DNA from: a virus
DNA length: 64,000 nt
Virus record (IMG/VR): IMGVR_UViG_2643221642_000002
Coordinates: 1 to 64,000 of that record
Reading direction: 5' to 3' (one strand)
The first letter of the stretch is position 1. Each line of letters starts with the position of its first letter. The notes beneath the pieces are model-generated. The model had not been told where the DNA came from. It saw only the letters and a program-made list of their open reading frames with translations, and did not search any database. Positions 59,753 to 64,000 of this stretch are shown piece after piece. The translations under genes were made by a program, and so were the position numbers.

Positions 59753-60267
59753 CAGACTGGCTCCTTGTCCATGACGACCGTGACCTCGTAGTCGTCGGCC
59801 GCCAGCCACTGCGCAGCCCGGCTGATGGCCGCGTCCACCATGGCGGTGAAGAAGTCGGCGCCCGAGGCGTCCAGGGCCTCCAGCTGCGCCTCGTCGAAGC
59901 GGAGATCGTGATCGGGCAGGCGCAGCAGGCGAAGCGCGTGGCGACCGCCCAGCGGCCGGCGCAAGAGGCCGCGCCCCGCATGCTCACCCCGTCCGCGCCG
60001 CGCATCCTCCTCGAGATCCTTAGCTAGGCCCTCCACAGCGCTCTCTACGCGCCATAGGGCGTCCCGCACCGGGTTCGGATAGCCCTCCCGGCTCGACCGC
60101 TCCCAGGAAACCACCTGGCTGTTGGTCACCTCGACGTCGCGGACGCGCAGGGCGTTGGCCAGGCCGACGATGTGGCGGCGCTCCATGCAGCAGGCGACGC
60201 GCAGGGCGCGGCTCTCGGGCCCGGTGAGCGGGCGGCCGCGCGAGCCGATCAGGGTGCGGAAGGTCAT
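59752..60267 (-). CDS. Hypothetical protein (first gene of the operon)
   Basis: 171 aa from the ATG 60265-60267; TGATG coupling with the next gene. Confidence 0.45.
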   Translation of the reverse strand: MTFRTLIGSRGRPLTGPESRALRVACCMERRHIVGLANALRVRDVEVTNSQVVSWERSSREGYPNPVRDALWRVESAVEGLAKDLEEDARRGRGEHAGRGLLRRPLGGRHALRLLRLPDHDLRFDEAQLEALDASGADFFTAMVDAAISRAAQWLAADDYEVTVVMDKEPV

Positions 60268-60313
60268 AGGCGGTGGTTCCTTGCTGAAGCCCCGCGCCTG
60301 CGGGGCAGATGGA

Positions 60314-60631
60314 TCAACGGACGGTGGAAAGGGGCGGCGGCGTGGGCAGCGGGTCTTTGCCGTCAGCCGCGCGCCGGCGGTTAACGGCGACCACCAGCTG
60401 GCTGACGGCCTCATCGGCGATGGCGTAACCCTGGCTGGCGTCTCGGAAGTCGCTCAGCTTGAAAAAGTGCGCGACGCTGTAGTCGCCATCCACGGCGATC
60501 AGCACGAAGAGGCGACCGTCGAGGTGGCCGCTCCATGTGAGGCCCGGATGCTTGATCCCAGCCGCGGTGACAAGCGCATCGCCTTCCTTGGTGAGTTCCT
60601 GCAGCGCGCGCTGTTCGGGAAGTAGGTACAC
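60314..60631 (-). CDS. Hypothetical protein
   Basis: 105-aa ORF with GGAGG SD; preceded by a partial copy of the repeated intercistronic element. Confidence 0.5.
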   Translation of the reverse strand: MYLLPEQRALQELTKEGDALVTAAGIKHPGLTWSGHLDGRLFVLIAVDGDYSVAHFFKLSDFRDASQGYAIADEAVSQLVVAVNRRRAADGKDPLPTPPPLSTVR

Positions 60632-60639
60632 GGCCGCCT

Positions 60640-60680
60640 CCGAGGCAGACTGGGTGATAGGGTAGGGGCGGATTAGGCCG
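60640..60680 (-). repeat. Partial copy D of the repeat element (GGCCTAATCCGCCCCTACCCTA box only)
   Basis: Shares the stop-codon box and ACCCTA with copies A-C but lacks the hairpin part. Confidence 0.5.
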
Positions 60681-61065
60681 AAGGGTCCCGCGGACGCTTG
60701 CCGAGGCTGGCCAGCATCTGACGATCACGAGCGAGCCGCCAACCATAGAGGTAGAAGGCGCCGCCCAGGGCGCGAGCGTCAGGATCCTGGCTGAGGTAGC
60801 CGTCCAGTTGGGCCATGGACTGCTCGATGTCGCTCGTCTGAATCCAGACGCCCCAGAACACATTCCAGCCCTCGCGCAGGGCCAGCTCGGCCTCGTTGAC
60901 GTTCCAGCTCACCCAGCCGTGGGAGGTCCGGCACCGGGTCGCGGCCACTACGGCCGAAACGACGTCGTCGTAGATGACCTGGGCGGCCGCCCGGCCGCCT
61001 TGCAGCGTCGCGCCCAGGGCCAGGGTGCGCTCGGTGGCCTCCGAATAGGTCTGCGGGATGTCCAT
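60673..61065 (-). CDS. Hypothetical protein
   Basis: 130 aa; the stop codon lies inside the GGCCTAATCCGCCCC box. Confidence 0.5.
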   Translation of the reverse strand: MDIPQTYSEATERTLALGATLQGGRAAAQVIYDDVVSAVVAATRCRTSHGWVSWNVNEAELALREGWNVFWGVWIQTSDIEQSMAQLDGYLSQDPDARALGGAFYLYGWRLARDRQMLASLGKRPRDPSA

Positions 61066-61357
61066 GGTCTGCTCTCGACTTTCACGGGCAATAGGGGCGG
61101 ATCAGGGCAGAGGGTCAAGGCTCCACCGTTCGGCAAAACGCGTCCACCGTTCGGCTTGGAACGGTCGCCCGAAACGGTCAGCTCTGGGCGGTGGTCGCAA
61201 AGCCTTGCGGGGCAAGGCCTAGGACCGTGCGAACGGTAGCCATTCCGGCGCCCGAATAGAGGGGTACGCCCGCCGCTTTCGCAGCGGCGCGGGCTTGGCG
61301 GATAACGGTCGACTTGGAAGGCATGGGCGTATGCTCCAGGTTGAGATGAGATAGCGC

Positions 61358-61798
61358 TCAGGCGAGCGGCGGATGAGACGGAAGAGGTAGACCCCGGCGG
61401 CAGGCTGTCGTGAACCTGAACCTCCCAGCCCACAGTACGTGCTCGGCGTCTCGACAGCTCCAGTCGCCTTCCAAATGCGGAAGGCAACGAGACCCGAAAG
61501 GCGGCTGTCTGAGGATAGGCGTCAGGGCTTCGATGGCCGTCCAGTAGCGCTGAACCGCGCGTTCCCGGAGCTGCTTGCCTTCCCTGCGCAGGCTCCAAGC
61601 GATGGAGGACCCGCCGCCGAGGCCCCGGGATGCCTCATAGGCGCTGCGCGAGTTTATCGAGTCTGACATGGCGATGGAGGCCAGCTGGGCGGCCTCGGGC
61701 GATCCATTTTGCGCGGCGAAGTCCATCAGCCGCTCACAAAGTTCGGTGATCGCGTCGGCAGCTTCTTTTCCGGGGGAGCGAACGTTACGCTTTCTCAT
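61358..61798 (-). CDS. Hypothetical protein
   Basis: 146-aa ORF. The N-terminal ~100 aa are protein-like; the C-terminal tail is low-complexity. Preceded by a full repeat element. Confidence 0.4.
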   Translation of the reverse strand: MRKRNVRSPGKEAADAITELCERLMDFAAQNGSPEAAQLASIAMSDSINSRSAYEASRGLGGGSSIAWSLRREGKQLRERAVQRYWTAIEALTPILRQPPFGSRCLPHLEGDWSCRDAEHVLWAGRFRFTTACRRGLPLPSHPPLA

Positions 61799-61872
61799 GG
61801 CGGTAGTTCCTTGATCTCCCGCGCCGCATGCGCGGGGCCGATTGGGCTGTAGGGTTGGGGCGGATTAGGCCT
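61799..61872 (-). repeat. Intercistronic repeat element, copy A (~70 bp)
   Basis: On the coding (minus) strand: GCC-TAA-TCCGCCCC…ACCCTACAGC-CAATC-GGCCCCGCGCATGCGGCGCGGGAGATCAAGGAACTACCGCC-ATG. Contains the upstream stop codon, a 7-bp GC hairpin (CCCGCGC-ATGCG-GCGCGGG) and an AAGGAAC RBS. Confidence 0.7.
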
Positions 61873-63136
61873 TGGGGTACGTCAGAGCGCCGGCCGGGAA
61901 GGTCAGCTCGACCTCGACCCGCTCGGCGTCCTGGATGACGGTGTGGACCTTGAAGCCGGCGTGGACCTTGAAGCCGGCGGCGCGGGCCGCCTTGCGCTCG
62001 GCCTGGGCCTTCTCGCGCGCTTCCTTCGCCGCCTTCTGGGCCAGCAGATCCTCGAAACGGGCGATGATGTCGCCGGCCGTCGGATAGATGTTCTCCAGGC
62101 TGTGGTGACCAAGGATGATCGCCCGCACCTCGGCAATGCGCTCAGCCTCGGCCTGCGTCGGCGCCCGGATGGGCCAGCCCTTCTCGTAGCGCAGGCCCTT
62201 GATGTTGATCTCAGCTTCCAGGCGCCGTCGCTCCTCGGCCTTGTCCTTGGCCCAGGTGACGCGCTCGACCAGGTCGGCGCCCAGCAAGCGCGGCGTGACG
62301 TCCGCCAGCCAACGCGTGGGCTGGAAGCTGAAGGTGCTCGACGCCTCCATCTCCACCAGGTGGCGATAGGTCCAGTGGTTGGACTCGACACGGTTCGAGG
62401 CGCGCTGATCTTCCTGACGCTGGAGGACGCAGAACGAGCAGCCCAAGCGGGAAGAGCCGGCGTCATATGCCAGGTGAAGCGGCAGATCGTGGCGGTGGTG
62501 GTAGGCGAACACCTCCTCGGTCTTCACCTCGACCGCCGGGTGCCAGGTCATCAGCGTGGTGCCGTCGTCCTTGCACCAGCGAGGCTCGGGCTTGGAGATG
62601 GGCGTGTTGGCGCGGCTGGCGCTCTCCTCGCGCCGGATCCCGACCACGGAAATGATCGTCTGCCCGGGGAATTCCTTTTGGAGGGCGGGACTGATTACCT
62701 GCTGCTTCATCTCGGCGGTGCAGAACCGCAACGACGCGCTCGACCAGGGGCCGATCAGGTTGAAGACCTCCAGATTGGCGTAGCGGCGCTTGCCCTCGGC
62801 GAAACGCGCCTCCCAGCGCGAGATCATGTCGTGCTTGTTGTGCCGGACCACCATCAACGGGACGTCGAGCGTGCTCGCGATCGACTGGACCATGTCCAAC
62901 GTCACGTCCCATTCGATCCGCCCCAGGTCAGCATGGATGGCCCGGCGCAGCGCCTTGGGGTGGCCGAGCATGTCGAGCAGTTGGTTGGCCTTGTGCGCGG
63001 CCACGGCCGAGTCCTTGCCGCCGCTCAGGCTGTAGACCACGACCGCGCCGGCGCAGATGGCGGCCAGGGTTTGATCGTCGATCGCGATGTCGAGGGTGGC
63101 GCAGGTCTCGACAGCCTGGGCGGTGGTCATACGCAT
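61865..63136 (-). CDS. PP-loop ATP pyrophosphatase, PAPS-reductase-like family protein
   Basis: N-terminal VVVYSLSGGKDSAVAAH (the SGGxDS PP-loop); ~250-aa PAPS-reductase-like core; coiled-coil C-terminus ending in a duplicated AGFKVH. Confidence 0.65.
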   Translation of the reverse strand: MRMTTAQAVETCATLDIAIDDQTLAAICAGAVVVYSLSGGKDSAVAAHKANQLLDMLGHPKALRRAIHADLGRIEWDVTLDMVQSIASTLDVPLMVVRHNKHDMISRWEARFAEGKRRYANLEVFNLIGPWSSASLRFCTAEMKQQVISPALQKEFPGQTIISVVGIRREESASRANTPISKPEPRWCKDDGTTLMTWHPAVEVKTEEVFAYHHRHDLPLHLAYDAGSSRLGCSFCVLQRQEDQRASNRVESNHWTYRHLVEMEASSTFSFQPTRWLADVTPRLLGADLVERVTWAKDKAEERRRLEAEINIKGLRYEKGWPIRAPTQAEAERIAEVRAIILGHHSLENIYPTAGDIIARFEDLLAQKAAKEAREKAQAERKAARAAGFKVHAGFKVHTVIQDAERVEVELTFPAGALTYPKA

Positions 63137-63205
63137 CTGGCGTTCCTTGGTCTCCCGCGCCGCATGCGCAGGGCTGATTGTGCTGTAGGGTCAGGGCGGA
63201 TTAGG
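63137..63205 (-). repeat. Intercistronic repeat element, copy B
   Basis: ~88% identical to copy A, in the same stop-hairpin-RBS-ATG arrangement. Confidence 0.7.
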
Positions 63206-63737
63206 CCGCCTGGTCCAAGTCGTAGGCGGGCAGCTCGTCGCGAGGATCGGCGTCGTTGTCGAACATCACGTAGTCGAAGCCCTGGGAGCGGGCCCAGGCC
63301 AGCGGGGCGTAGAGACCTTCGAAGGCGTCGATCTCGCGGTCGCTGTGCTCATGGGCGTAGATCACGGCGCCGCAGCCGGTCGGACCGCCCGAGACAGGCC
63401 AGTCCTTCAGCGGGAGAGCGAGCAGGGTTTCCCACGTCGCTTGCGGGATATGCGCCGTCGACAGGACGACGGTCCGCCTCGTCTCGAACTCCTGGGCGGT
63501 GGTCGTGACGGTGGTGCGCTCGAGCCCGGCCGCATCGAGGATCGCGTTCGCCACCTGAAGGGCCGCTTCGCGTGGAAGGTAGATCATGCAGCGGGTCAGC
63601 CACCCGGTCTTGTTGAGGGGCTGGAGGCGGATGTCATCGTCAGGCCCGAACGATTCGACGCTCAGGCCGCACGGGGTGCTGGAGCCGTTGCGGCCGAGGT
63701 TGAAATAGCCGGGGATGCGCGAGAACTTGATCAACAT
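63201..63737 (-). CDS. Hypothetical protein
   Basis: 178-aa ORF flanked on both sides by the repeat element. Confidence 0.5.
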   Translation of the reverse strand: MLIKFSRIPGYFNLGRNGSSTPCGLSVESFGPDDDIRLQPLNKTGWLTRCMIYLPREAALQVANAILDAAGLERTTVTTTAQEFETRRTVVLSTAHIPQATWETLLALPLKDWPVSGGPTGCGAVIYAHEHSDREIDAFEGLYAPLAWARSQGFDYVMFDNDADPRDELPAYDLDQAA

Positions 63738-63800
63738 GGCGGTGGTTCCTTGGTCTGCCCGCGCCGCATGCGCGGGGCTGATTGAGCTGTAGGGTCTAGG
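63738..63800 (-). repeat. Intercistronic repeat element, copy C (variant 5' box GCCGCCTAGACCC)
   Basis: Same hairpin and RBS core; here the upstream stop is TAG. Confidence 0.65.
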
Positions 63801-64000
63801 CGGCCAGATCGCGGCGAACGCCGATGAACGCGGCGCAGCGCGGGGCGCCGTCGCGGGTCATGCCGGCGTAGCGTACCGTGCCCAGCTGGCCGGGCAGATT
63901 GGCCCGGAGGGTCAGGAGGCGCGTCGCCAGGGTGCGCGACATCGCGACAGGGGCGGAGAACACCCGGCCGCCCATCTTGAGCGTGACGGACCCCGCCGCA
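63796..64000 (-). CDS. Partial CDS (C-terminal end only; continues beyond the window)
   Basis: In-frame C-terminus …TLKMGGRVFSAPVAMSRTLATRLLTLRANLPGQLGTVRYAGMTRDGAPRCAAFIGVRRDLAA ending at TAG 63796-63798. Followed by a variant copy of the repeat element. Confidence 0.4.
   Translation of the reverse strand, partial: AAGSVTLKMGGRVFSAPVAMSRTLATRLLTLRANLPGQLGTVRYAGMTRDGAPRCAAFIGVRRDLAA

Noticed and set aside
60640-63800. Integron-like gene-cassette array with attC sites
   Set aside because: The repeated elements lack the RYYYAAC / GTTRRRY inverse-core/core pair of attC sites. No intI gene or attI is present in the window. Each element carries a Shine-Dalgarno sequence and a start codon, which fits an operon joint better than a recombination site. 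Not called an integron.
1-64000. tRNA/tmRNA gene or attL/attR direct repeats marking the prophage ends
   Set aside because: No T-arm-like GGTTCGANTCC sequence or cloverleaf candidate was found by eye. The integrase abuts coordinate 1, so attL is probably left of the window, and the right boundary may lie beyond 64000. The region near 61400-61560 looks structured but is inside an ORF and has no tRNA features.
1-64000. CRISPR array
   Set aside because: No regularly spaced short direct repeats with unique spacers. The only tandem repeats are inside genes (MTase SVADPR codons, replication iterons) or are the 70-bp intercistronic elements.

Overview
High-GC (~66-68%) window that is almost entirely one lambdoid, siphovirus-type prophage. 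The GapR-, GcrA- and CcrM-type genes point to a Caulobacterales-like alphaproteobacterial host. No rRNA, tRNA or CRISPR was seen. Layout: (i) tyrosine integrase and excisionase at the left edge, followed by a long, translationally coupled leftward early operon (1-13712, minus strand). It carries DUF1643, Gp37/Gp68, an SPFH lipoprotein, DUF1153, an XRE regulator, a DEDD exonuclease and two adjacent cytosine-5 methyltransferases. One of these has nine tandem ~40-aa 'SVADPR' repeats in place of a normal target-recognition domain. (ii) A CI(S24)/Cro switch with five 17-bp TCGTGA-N5-TCACGA operators (13741-14844). (iii) A rightward replication and host-takeover module (16150-28874): a GapR-like protein fused to an RMF-like motif, an AAA+ ATPase, DUF1064, a GcrA-like regulator, a beta-class (SPPY) DNA methyltransferase, DnaG, an MmcB-like nuclease, DnaB, and a DUF1376 initiator whose linker region contains iteron-like palindromes (candidate ori). 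(iv) Late genes (28861-54522): TerS, GpA-like TerL, gpW, a lambda-B-like portal, a prohead protease/HK97 capsid fusion, DUF2190, a tail chaperone with a -1 frameshift site (GGGGGGC), a 1506-aa tape measure protein, an NlpC/P60 tail peptidase, a J-like host-specificity protein, and a tail fibre with a SASA/SGNH esterase-like domain. (v) A lysis cassette (55050-57756) with two holin-like proteins, a TIGR02594 endolysin and overlapped i-/o-spanins, ending in an intrinsic terminator. (vi) Minus-strand cargo genes at the right end (58101-64000): a three-gene membrane-protein module (candidate defence/abortive infection), and a PP-loop (PAPS-reductase-like) gene in an operon whose genes are separated by a ~70-bp repeated stop-hairpin-RBS element (3 full copies + 1 partial).
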